Assembly (NCBI GenBank): GCA_951406725.2
Contig: OX597817.1
Coordinates: 78,430,001-78,494,000, forward strand
Length of the DNA stretch: 64,000 nt
Direction of reading: 5' to 3'
Source: Octopus vulgaris
Lineage: Eukaryota
A model generated the notes under the pieces. It was given only the letters and a program-made list of their open reading frames with translations, was not told the origin of the DNA and searched no databases. Both the position numbers and the translations under genes were made by a program. Shown here one piece after another: positions 1 to 10,612 of this stretch (the stretch's first letter is position 1; each line of letters begins with the position of its first letter).

Positions 1-14
1 CCACCACCAGGGTT

Positions 15-343
15 GTCATCACTTCAACATCATTACCATCATCATCATCACTATCAACATCATTGTCTTCATCATCACTAGCCTTGTCATCATCATCATC
101 ATCATCATCTTTATCATCATTATCATCTTCATCGTTGCTGTCATCGTTATTATCATCAACACCTTCATCATCAATCATCAATACCATCATCATCATCACC
201 TTCATCATCATTGTTGTCATTATCATCATCACCATTATCATCATCATTGGCATCATCATCATCTTTATCCTCATCACCTTCATCATCATTGTCATCATTA
301 TCATCACCACCATCATCATCACTGTCATCTTTATCACCACCAC

Positions 344-386
<43 letters not shown>

Positions 387-450
387 TCCATCATCATCAT
401 CATCTTCATTGCTGTTGTCGTCATTGTCATCATCATCATCATCCTTATCA
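15..450. repeat. Degenerate (CAT)n tract
   Basis: Directly visible. Confidence 0.95.
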
Positions 451-700
451 TCGTTTTAACATCCACTTTTCCATCCTTGCATGAATTATTCAAAATTCAG
501 TCAGGCAGATTTTCTATGGCTGAATGCCCTTTCTGATGCCAGCATTCAATTGTTTCTAAGTTTTCCAAGTTGAATGATATTCCTCCACCCTCACCCCACC
601 CCTATTTCATGGAAAACTGGAAATAAATGACACTGCTAGTGTGGTGGTGATGCTTGTTTACAACTATTGTGCAAAGAAACAGAGACACCCTTCCATCTAC

Positions 701-738
<38 letters not shown>

Positions 739-1066
739 ACATATATATATCATTGACTTTTCTGCTGTAGTAGATGACTGATGAGGTTCCCACAGTTTCT
801 TGGTGAAAAATCTGCACAGATGATTTGCTTGTAATGGTCAAATGTTTGTGCTCCACATTAGCGTACACACTCTGTCAAATCAACATTACTTTTACAGATG
901 TATGGTTTCCAACACATCAGATATCAAAGTGAACGCAGAACATGTGAAGTGCTTTGCTCAAGAACATAGTGTACTACCCAATCTAGCAATTGAAACCACG
1001 GTGTATATCAACAGCTATATCTATGTATGTCCTTCTCCCTCTTGCTTCATATATATATATATATAT

Positions 1067-1332
1067 ATATCAAATATAAATTAAAGACAGAACACAAAAG
1101 ATATTGCAGTACATGTGTTTCAAGCTTTGTAAACAATCTGTTATTACATCAATATTATATCAATAATACACTGATGTAATAACCGATTGTTTATAAAGCT
1201 TGAAACACGTGTACCACGATATCTTTTGTGCTCTGTTTTTAAGTTATATTTGATATATACTCTCTCACCTCTACCACTATCTGGCATATACAAGTGCTTA
1301 CACTTATCAAGTGTTCACTCTAAATTTATAGT
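1067..1332 (+). mobile_element. Short fold-back PLE-terminus-like element in (TA)n
   Basis: ~1067-1155 and ~1167-1256 are imperfect inverted repeats containing GAAAC-ACGT-GTA (hammerhead 3' half); TA repeats on both sides. Confidence 0.6.
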
Positions 1333-1359
1333 ATATATATATATATATATATATATATA

Positions 1360-1612
1360 AGTAGTTGAATGAATTATCTTAGTATGGATAATTTGGTTAA
1401 CCGATACCTGGGTAGCAAATTCACGTCAGAAAAACACGGTTGAAGCTACATGCCAAGGGCAGAGATCACGTGCTTTCGTGTGGAAATTTGTGTGTTTTTT
1501 TAATACAAATAAATGCACCCCTTATTCCTTCGAAATTAGGAATATGCAGCCTTCGAAACATATGTCAAGAATAAAGGAATTTTGTTAAATCGTCGTTCAA
1601 CTCCATTCTTTC

Positions 1613-1616
<4 letters not shown>
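1360..1616 (+). mobile_element. Solo PLE pseudo-LTR-like element in (TA)n
   Basis: Unique ~255 bp between TA tracts; CGAAAC-ATAT-GTC closed by TTATTC/GAATAA at 1521-1575. Confidence 0.6.
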
Positions 1617-1678
<62 letters not shown>

Positions 1679-1860
1679 GTGTGTGTGATTGTGTATAGAA
1701 GAATATATTAATAAAAAGAATTCCAACCTTGTCTGATTTTCACGTTTTATTTACAATCTTATAATGATATATTATAAGATAATATATTATAATTGAATAA
1801 AATAAAATGAAATAGTAGAATGTTAAATATTCATTCTGATTGAACTAGTACTTTCATGCA

Positions 1861-3216
1861 TTGAATTCTGCAATCTTCGGTTTAGGAATAAAGGCGATTA
1901 AATACTGGTTAGAAAAACATAGAGAAGTGATTCCCAGCAGATTCACAGTGCCATTTATATTAGACACAGTCAAACTTATTCTAGAAAATAACACATTCTT
2001 CTTCAATGGAAAGAATTACATCCAAATTAGAGGCACGGCGATGGGAACGAGGTTTGCTCCCGTTTACGCCAACTCTGTAATGGGATACTTAGAAGAACAA
2101 CTCTACCAAGAGGTGGAGGTAAACTATGGCACTGGATTTAGAAAGTATATTGAAAAGGCATGGAAGAGATACCTAGACGACTGTTTCATAATCTGGACAG
2201 AATCTCTAAATACTCTGGAAGAGTTCAATATCCTCCTGAACAACCTACACCCATCTCTCAAATTTACAAAGGAGATGAGTAGTACCAAATTACCATTCCT
2301 GGATATAATGGTAATTAAAAAAGACACCACCATCACCACAGATATATACTATAAACACACAGACACACATCAATACCTAAATTTTAAGTCGTGCCATCCA
2401 CCACATACAAAACGTAACATCCCATACTGCCTAGCCAGAAGAATTTGTACTATTGTAGAAGATGCAAATATCAGGAACAAACGCCTAATAGAACTAAGAG
2501 AATTTTTGCTCAAACAAAAATACCCATCTCTACTTATAGAAAATGGCATACAGCGGGCTATAAAAATACCTATACAACAACTTAGGACAACCCAAGGAAG
2601 AGGAAAACAAGAACAAGTCATACCATTCATAGTGACACACAACCCATGTCACCAGAATATCTTCAACATTGCCAAAGCAAACCTACCAATCATTGCCCAA
2701 AGTAATGAATTAAAAGACATAATCAAGGATCGAGCTATGGTGCTTAGTAAAAGACAGCCTAAAAACTTGAAAACATTACTAACAAAGGCAAAATTTGACC
2801 TCAGCAACAAAGACCAAACATTCACGGTATCTAAATGCAATGATAGCCGATGTGGCACATGCCAATTCATACATACCGGTCAATATATAAACACAAAAAC
2901 CGGGAAAATATTCACAAACGCGAATATGAACTGCAAAAGCAGAAATTTAATTTACTGCATCAAATGCCCAAATTGTGAAGAAATATATGTAGGTCAGACG
3001 GGAAACGCACTATTAGAACGCTCACGTGTACACCGGCAACAGATTAGAGACCCAGAGGTCCGTCAGATACCTTTGAGTAACCACCTAGCAACATGTGGTC
3101 GGAAAATATATATAATATTTCCATTCTACAAATTACACAGCCCAAGTGAAATCGAGAGGAAAATCAGAGAAAAGAATTTTATTGATAAATTCGAACCCAA
3201 GCTAAATAAGCAATAA
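1861..3216 (+). CDS. Penelope-like RT C-terminal half plus GIY-YIG endonuclease (N-terminally truncated; first ~7 codons come from the inverted repeat)
   Basis: QIRGTAMGTRFAP (RT motif B), WKRYLDDCF (motif C), LPFLD, SCHP; linker CNDSRCGTC; NLIYCIKCPNCEEIYVGQTG. No stops over ~450 codons. Confidence 0.92.
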   Translation: MNSAIFGLGIKAIKYWLEKHREVIPSRFTVPFILDTVKLILENNTFFFNGKNYIQIRGTAMGTRFAPVYANSVMGYLEEQLYQEVEVNYGTGFRKYIEKAWKRYLDDCFIIWTESLNTLEEFNILLNNLHPSLKFTKEMSSTKLPFLDIMVIKKDTTITTDIYYKHTDTHQYLNFKSCHPPHTKRNIPYCLARRICTIVEDANIRNKRLIELREFLLKQKYPSLLIENGIQRAIKIPIQQLRTTQGRGKQEQVIPFIVTHNPCHQNIFNIAKANLPIIAQSNELKDIIKDRAMVLSKRQPKNLKTLLTKAKFDLSNKDQTFTVSKCNDSRCGTCQFIHTGQYINTKTGKIFTNANMNCKSRNLIYCIKCPNCEEIYVGQTGNALLERSRVHRQQIRDPEVRQIPLSNHLATCGRKIYIIFPFYKLHSPSEIERKIREKNFIDKFEPKLNKQ

Positions 3217-3702
3217 TAATAATACTTAGAGGTATTACTTCCACTGCTACGACCATGACCACTAACAACAACAACAATACTAAAGGTGATCAAGACGAAG
3301 ATAGCAGGAAAATTATCTTATTTAGGGTTAAAAGTTCTATTGCCACCACCATCACCACTAGCAACAATAATTAAGGTGCTGACAATGATGATGATGACAA
3401 TTGAAATATAAAAATATAAAAATCTCTGACAAAGGATATTTACAACATTTCTAAAAATAACCCAACAATTGCTGCTTCGGCCAGGGTCAAGATACAGGAC
3501 TCTTGACCTGTCCAACAAAGCGTGATGCCTAAACCAATCAGCTCAACCAACCAATCAGCTTAAGTAATTGAGTGATACTACACACTGATTGGTCAGAATA
3601 CAGTTTGCAAAACCTAGCACTCTGGAGCCTACCCAGCTGTATTTATAGCACAGAATCACTCATCTTGCTACAGTCAAAAATTGTGAAGCATGACTGTCTA
3701 CA

Positions 3703-3747
3703 TGAACCCGAAGATTGCAGAATTCAATGCATGAAAGTACTAGTTCA
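3703..3747 (+). ncRNA. Minimal type I hammerhead-ribozyme-like motif in PLE pseudo-LTR
   Basis: Stem I TGAAC/GTTCA; core CCGAAGA; stem II TGCA/TGCA; GAAA; palindromic stem III AGTACT; cleavage triplet CUA. Confidence 0.7.
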
Positions 3748-3896
3748 ATCAGAATGAATATTTAACATTCTACTATTTCATTTTATTTTATTCAATTATA
3801 ATATATTATCTTATAATATATCATTATAAGATTGTAAATAAAACGTGAAAATCAGACAAGGTTGGAATTCTTTTTATTAATATAAATATATATATA

Positions 3897-4145
3897 TAGT
3901 TAAAATTTACAGAAAATAAATGATGAAGATGCACGTAGGAACAACAAGCAGGTGTATTGGTTTAATGCTTAGGAAGAATAGAAAAATCTTTTATGTTTCA
4001 AGCCTATACTCTTTGGCAGAAAGGATTAAGAGGGGAAAAAACGGAAAGAGAATAAAAAATAAAGGAGACAGAATGAAAAAAAAAGAGAATGAATAAAAGG
4101 AGAGAGGAAAAATGTGGGTAGGAATTAACAGTTCAACATGTTGAA
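3897..4145 (-). mobile_element. Decayed PLE pseudo-LTR, related to element at 63443
   Basis: Aligns by eye with 63443-63650; decayed hammerhead-like motif at 3987-4025 (minus). Confidence 0.6.
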
Positions 4146-5002
4146 ATAATATATATATATACATATTTGTAAAGTTAATGCAGGTGGCATTTAGAATTCT
4201 TGACTGCTGTTTCTGTAGAATTTATTTATGCTTTCATAGAAGATAACATCATAACATGTAATCCACCTTAATCAGGTAAAATTTTAAAGGGGTAAGATTT
4301 CAAACAGGTGAGATTTCTTACATTGATCTGGATCCAACATCAATTGGACAAGTATTTGAATTTGTTCAGATCGATAAAAAAAAATATCACTTATTTAAAA
4401 TTTTGTCTGATGATGGTGAATTATATGTTATCATGCATAAAGTATCCATAAGCATGATCTTTTGCGATTCACTTCATTTGGGGCTGCTAAGAATTTGGTT
4501 TACACATTTGTTTTCTCCTCTTATTTGCTCTGATAACAATAGTTAATATCATTGTTTTGATATACCACATTCTTCTGGTTTCTTTCTCTGAGTCTTCATA
4601 TTTGCTCAATTTCTTGAATGTTTTCAAAGGTGTATTTTTGTCACCTGGGACTGCAAAGATCCGTCAAAACACGTCTTTATAACCTGATATTTCACAATGA
4701 TTTTAAGTTGGTAAGCATGAATTTCCTGATAAGTCTTGACACTGAAACTGCAAAAGACAGAGACATCAGTATTCTAGACAAGTTGTGGTGGTTTATATTC
4801 CCACAAATTATCTTTATGAGGGAGGCCATATATGCAACATATTGATTAGTGTATGCACTGAACTGCTCTGGAATCTCTTCACAAGTACTCTGTTGAAATT
4901 TTGTGGTCAATTGTCTCCAGATGTTCTCATATACTACCTAATAGGCTGCTTCCTATTATTATTATTATTATTATTAGAAAATTCATCATCATCATCATTA
5001 TA

Positions 5003-5046
<44 letters not shown>

Positions 5047-5048
5047 CA

Positions 5049-5080
<32 letters not shown>

Positions 5081-5135
5081 GTTGTTGTTGTTATTGTTAT
5101 TATTATTATTATTATTATTTAGCATGGAAAGCAGA

Positions 5136-5449
5136 TTTGTCTTTGAACAAAATATCTCAAGAACCGCCGGATGGATTCAGATAAAACTTTCAGGGATGTT
5201 TGTCCTTATGACTGGCATGAGCTGATTATATTTTAGAATCAATCTGGTACCAGACAAGGATTCTGGATTATTTTTTCTGTTCTTTTACTTAATTTTTGAG
5301 CGCGGTAGGGTTCCTTTTTAGTATTCTTGTTTGTGAGAACAGTGAAGTTTATTTAAGATATTCTCATTTTAAAAATCATCTCTGGTTAATCGTCGAGAGG
5401 ACGTTAGTGTTACCTTGGCAGAAGTTTGCACTCTCTGAGTGCTCTTGTT
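5136..5449 (+). mobile_element. Non-autonomous Helentron-associated (HINE/DINE-1-like) element, 5' part missing
   Basis: Subterminal CCTTGGCAGAAG, then hairpin GCACTC-TCT-GAGTGC (5428-5442) and TGTT end. Confidence 0.6.
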
Positions 5450-5495
5450 ATTAATCATTATCATTATTATTATTATTATTATCATTATTATTATT

Positions 5496-6052
5496 GACTG
5501 AGAAAGCAGTGCATGCCATCAAAGTGACACGGGGTAAAATATACGAAGCCCAGTATACCCATCATGACTACCCGTCTGATAAGGGTACACTAGACACATG
5601 CATCACAACCATATGTGTGCGACATGGTGATTTCATATCAAGATAAACAGCACATGACCTTGCAGGTGGGGCCCAGTTAGAATGTTCTTCTGGTCAAGTA
5701 ACTCATCCTGCTCTTAAGATACCTGAATAAGAGTTGTTTAGGATGTTGAACAAAACACCCATGTTTCCGGAGGTGAATTATTCAAACCCCAAAGAATCCC
5801 CCTTTAACACATGGCTATGATGCTTCCCTACTACCTCTGCTCATGATCAGAGATGCACATATTATCAGGCACTAAAGGACATGCTCTACTGGTTAAGGTC
5901 AAACAACTGACAAGCAAATCTGTGGTATTGAGCAGAATATTTACAGTAGCCCATCTTTTATACCAAGACAAAACAATGTACATGATAACACTTCCAATCA
6001 GTTAATATCAGAAGCCATGAGAGCTACTGCCTGGTACTGCATCAGTGCATTT
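5496..6052. mobile_element. ~555-bp non-coding interspersed element in (ATT)n, copy 1
   Basis: End-to-end reverse-complement match to 32943-33500. Confidence 0.85.
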
Positions 6053-6999
6053 ATTATTATTATTATTATTATTATTAGTAGTAGTGGTGGTGGTGGTAGT
6101 GGTGGTGGTGGTAGTGGTGGTGGTAGTAGTGGTGGTGGTGGTGGTATTAGTAGTATTAGTAATATTAGAAAATATTAATATTACATCATCTTCATCATCA
6201 TCATTATCATAATAATAATAATAACAATAATAATAATAATAATAATAATAATAGTAATAATAATAATAATAAAACAAATTACAAAATATCATACTTATGG
6301 GTACCTCACATATACTACATAAATCCCTTTCCATGTAAATACAGCCTTACATTTTTCTCCTTGCATGTTAAATAAGAAATTAAATTATATTTAAGTTGTG
6401 AATATAAATTCTGTCTTTCTTCTTGTAATGTAATTTATTATGTACAATAAATAAGATAACCAGACAACAGTAAAAACTGTGCAACAAACAATCAAATGTT
6501 TTTATGAACCAACAATTGATATTCCTATTGAACTAACCAACCAACACCTGACTTTACTGCAAACTAACACAAACTCCACTGAACTCCAAACTCTGAACTC
6601 ACTCAGATCATACTATTTATACTTTACTCGGACCAATCTATCTCTCACAAGGGGTGTCGTTACTCTCATCATAACATCTTCTCTTTGAGATTTTGACTAC
6701 TGTGAGAATGTGGAATTTCTTTTATTTTTATTATATTTTTTCCAACACCTCTCACTCTTTTTTTTCTTTAGCTGTTGTATCTTAATTGTTGCCCAACTTT
6801 TAAGGTAGAAGTGTTCGTTGTACACAGCACCTTTTCTTTTCGTTGTGCTAAGCATTCTTGTTAGCAGTTTGGTGTTTTTTTGTTTTTGTTTTTTGAAAGT
6901 TTAATATCATTTTTGTTTAGGTATTACTTCCAGATATTCAGCCTGTTTTCTTTTTTCTGAAGCTACTTCTACGGAGTTCAATATCTCTCAGTGCAGGCA

Positions 7000-7740
7000 C
7001 TTCAAACGTATAATAGAAGACTTCCATTGGTATTCATTCATTCTTCTCTATGTCCCTTCTGTTCCGAATCTTGTCCTTCGATTAAATACGTTATGTTACC
7101 TAGTCTTTTGATTACACAGCCATCCTCCCAACCGTCTTAGCCATTTTTGTGATTTTTTAAAATGAACTTTATTTCCTACTTAAAAATGGTTTGTAATATT
7201 TTTTGTATTTCCTTCAAATGTATTTTTTGTCGTTCATTTATATGTATTTTTTCCTGGCAATAATTTATCAAAGATCAATTTTATTTTAGATGTGGACATT
7301 AACTTTGCTGGTGACTTTCCTGAATTAGATTTTGCCTTATTCTATATACTCTCAAAGATTTCGTTAGTGTCTTGTCATTATCTAGCTCGTTTCTAGTGTT
7401 TCTTAGAGCTCTTTTGAACATGTCAATAAATCTTTCTACCTGCCCATTTGACCTCAGGTGGTAGGATGGGGGTAAAGGTGTGCTTTATGGCAAGTATTTT
7501 GCAGAAATTTCTTAATTCATATCCTGTGAATTGTATTCCATTATCTGAAACTAACGTATCTGGAACACTGTATCAAGCAAATAACTCAAGTAGGAACTTT
7601 ATTGTTGTCTTTGCTGTGGGTATATTACATCTGCATACCTCTAGTCACTTTTTATAGCTATCCATAACAGTTTGATAGTATGTGCCATTCACTGGTCCAT
7701 CGAAATCGATATGTATCCTGGTCCATGAGCTTTCAGTCTT
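7000..7740 (-). pseudogene. Gypsy integrase remnant
   Basis: WTRIHIDFDGP...VMDSYKK*LEV...VPDTLVSDNGIQF...YHLRSNGQVERF. Confidence 0.85.
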
Positions 7741-7879
7741 TGTGCATAGACCTTGTTTATCTGAGAGTACTTGCAGAAACATTTAAAAAGAAATTTTCTC
7801 TTTAACTCTTCAGACAAATTACTTTTAGAGGAACAAACATTTACGTTTCTACAATAGAGATATACGGGGTGGTCCCATA

Positions 7880-8160
7880 AATCAAATAATTCTAATCAAT
7901 CAGTACCAAGCAGATCAGTTTCATTTTCAATGACGAACACTTTTGCTTTGCCTGTTTTCCCTTGAAATGTGACATTAGTCCACATTTCGCCTATGAAATG
8001 TAATTTCTTACCTGCTATACTTCGAGCAGATTTTGCTATTTTTCTCAACATAGGTTTCATTATTTTCTGCCATGTGTCCATATTTATTATTGAAATATCA
8101 CTTTCAGCATCCAGTTGAAGTTTAATATGTATTCGATTTATTTTTACGTGTACGAATTTT
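7880..8160 (-). pseudogene. Gypsy aspartic protease remnant
   Basis: IKLQLDAESDISIINMDTW (decayed DTG) ... DLLGTD. Confidence 0.75.
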
Positions 8161-8339
8161 CTTATTTGGGAGTTGATTTTTTTTCTGCTGAAAGCACTCT
8201 AGGATTTTTAACATTTGACCTTCGTAATTTTGTTCTGCGGTATGAACTCTTCTGACCATTTCTTTTGCAACTGTAACATATTTGATTTTTAAATGGTCAT
8301 TCTTTTCTGAAATGTATGCCCCCACATCTATGATATGGA

Positions 8340-9131
8340 TTAGGATGTGGTACCCCTTTTTTGGTTGTACTTTTCCAGTAAGCATATATATATATTTAAG
8401 GAATCCTTTTCTTGGACTTTTTCTGCATCATGTTTCAGGTTTACCATCCTTTGACATTCTTCTACCATGGACTGTAAGGTTAAATCTCGGTTCACTTGCT
8501 CCAATTTAGAAAGAATTCTTGCCTGAATTTCTGTATCTTTGCTTGCTGTAAAACCTTGTATGAAAATAAGACACTTGAACATCTTAGACATAAGCTCTTT
8601 GAGTATAAAACTTTCACACATCCTGTTGACTGTTCCTGTGCATGTGATAAAATCATCATTCTCTTTTTTCATTATATTCCAACACTCCATTCAAGTGTTA
8701 ATAGAGAAGTTCTATCTCCGAATATGTTAGACAGTAATTCTATTAATTGTTTAAAACAAATTTCATTGGATTTTTTGGGCAATATGAAATTACAGTAACG
8801 TTCATGCTCTAACAGAACTAATTTTCACAATAGCAATTTCACTTTTGGTTTGTCCGACCATGATTTGCAATCTTTCTTGAAAATCTCTTCATGCCTTCTG
8901 TAGTACGATGTAAAAGTTATACCCTCCTCTAGGTTATAACTAAATTCATTAATCAAGTTCAAATTGCCATCTGGCAAGAACGAACTTTTGGACTTCTTTG
9001 ATTATAGCTCTAATAATTGTTGTTGTTGTAGTTGTTGCTGTAATAGTTACTTCTGCAACTCCTGTTGCTATTTTTGTTGTTGTTTTTGCAATTGTACAAT
9101 GGCAGCAAATAGGTGCAAATAGGTCTTCCAT
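8340..9131 (-). pseudogene. Gypsy gag remnant
   Basis: FKCLIFIQGF...IQARILSKLEQ...LTLQSMVEECQRMVNLKHD, with frameshifts and stops. Confidence 0.75.
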
Positions 9132-9567
9132 TATTTAACAAGTTGTATCATGAACAAATTGTTAAATAACCTATGTGAGCTTCAAAATCCTTGTCACTAG
9201 ATGCTGTAATGTAATTGTTATGTAAAATAGAGAAGATAACCAGTAAAAAACAATGTAATGAATTGACAAATCTCTTTATGAACCAACAATTAATATTCCT
9301 TGTGAACTAACCAACCGACACCTTCTGACTTCACTGCAAACTAACACAAACTTTAATTGACTCCGAACTGTGAACTCACTCAGATCGTTACTATTTATAC
9401 TTTACTTGGACCAGTCTATCTCTCACAAGGTGGTGGTGTAACTCGCATCACAATGCTTCTCTTGAGGGTCAATAAGAAAATGCACCAGTGAAGTACTTAA
9501 GTCAATATAATTGACTAGCTACCTATGCTCAAAATTCTTGGCCTTACACCTGAATCAGAAACAATTA

Positions 9568-9616
<49 letters not shown>

Positions 9617-9632
9617 CATCATTATTGTTATC

Positions 9633-9666
<34 letters not shown>

Positions 9667-9897
9667 TTATTATGATCATTACTATTATTAAGGTGGAAAG
9701 ATGGTTGAAGTGTAATCAAATGGGATGAAATGCTTAGTTACGTATTACCTGGCTTTTTATTCGGGGCAGAAATTCCATAGATGTCAGCTGGGACAATCAT
9801 CCATTCAGGGTTAATAAAATAAGTACCAGTTGAGTATTTGGTCAATGTAATTCTCTTCTGCTGGCCTTGTGACAAAATTAGAAAGAGTTATTATTAA

Positions 9898-9936
<39 letters not shown>

Positions 9937-9938
<2 letters not shown>

Positions 9939-10298
9939 GTTTGGCTTTTGCTTTACATTTGTACAAGTTGGTTCCAAGTCTCACCCAGAGACCTCAAGAG
10001 ACAACAAGTTGGAAGTTGATGCTGGTGTTATTCCTAGGGTGCCATATATTTGGCTTTCTACTTAGTGTTGTACTAGTGAATGTTTAAAAAAACCATAAGA
10101 AAATTATGTTTGTTTTAAAACTTGAGATTACATAGAAAGTATTTTGCGTAAGATATGAGCAGTTCCCATGAGCACTATCTTTTGAATTTTTGCCATTTTG
10201 GGGTCTCCTGGTATCTGAGCTAGGTAGCAATCAGCCCTTTTTGCTATCATTCCCAGGGCACCTATGACAACAGGTATTGCTTTAGTCTTCAGGTTCCA

Positions 10299-10299
<1 letters not shown>
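9937..10299 (-). mobile_element. RLE-type (R4/Dong-like) LINE 3' end
   Basis: WNLKTKAIPVVIGALG...IQKIVLMGTAHILRKILSM*, then 3' UTR and (TAA)n. Confidence 0.85.
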
Positions 10300-10361
<62 letters not shown>

Positions 10362-10395
10362 CATCATCGTCATCATCATCATCATCATCATTATT

Positions 10396-10612
10396 AAGGT
10401 GGCGAGCTGGCAGAATTCTTAGCATGTCAGTCAAAATGCTTGGCAGCCTTTTCTCTGCCTTTATGCTCTGAGTTCAAATTTCTCTGAGGTCAACTATGCT
10501 TTCACCTTTTTGGGATCAAGAAATTAAGTACCAGTCAAGTACTGAGGTTGACATAATCGACTAGTCCCTTCACTCAAAATTTCAGGCCTTGTGCATTAAG
10601 TCGGAAAGATTA
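10396..10612 (+). mobile_element. tRNA-derived SINE family B (Nin/Deu-like core, (ATT)n tail); other + copies ~9689-9890, 23164-23365, 37458-37675, 39648-39860, 48790-48920
   Basis: Head AAGGTGGCGAGCTGGCAGAA, B box GAGTTCAAAT; family core GCCTTTCATCCTTTC.GGGTCGA..AA...AGTACCA (diverged in this copy). Confidence 0.85.

Larger units (their letters stand above)
1704..3884 (+). mobile_element. Penelope-like retroelement (Neptune-type), 5'-truncated, with inverted pseudo-LTR
   Basis: RT + GIY-YIG ORF; 1704-1880 is the exact reverse complement of 3708-3884; flanked by (TA)n. Confidence 0.93.
6424..9455 (-). mobile_element. Degenerate Gypsy/Ty3 (Mag-like) LTR retrotransposon lacking RT/RNaseH
   Basis: Direct LTRs 6424-6676 and 9205-9455; 5-bp TSD CTTCT; PBS TAGTGACAAGGA (decayed TGGCGACGAGGA-type); PPT AAAGAGAAGA; gag, protease and integrase remnants. 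Confidence 0.9.

Noticed and set aside
63-536. Poly-S/poly-I ORFs, and all similar poly-I/N/L/V, YI, CV and HT ORFs in the track
   Set aside because: Translations of simple repeats.
778-830. CTGATGA...GAAA hammerhead
   Set aside because: Stems I and II do not form.
5995-6045. U2 snRNA-like words ATCAGTTAATATC and CCTGGTACTGCA in the 555-bp element
   Set aside because: Short matches, spacing unlike U2, and weaker in the second copy.
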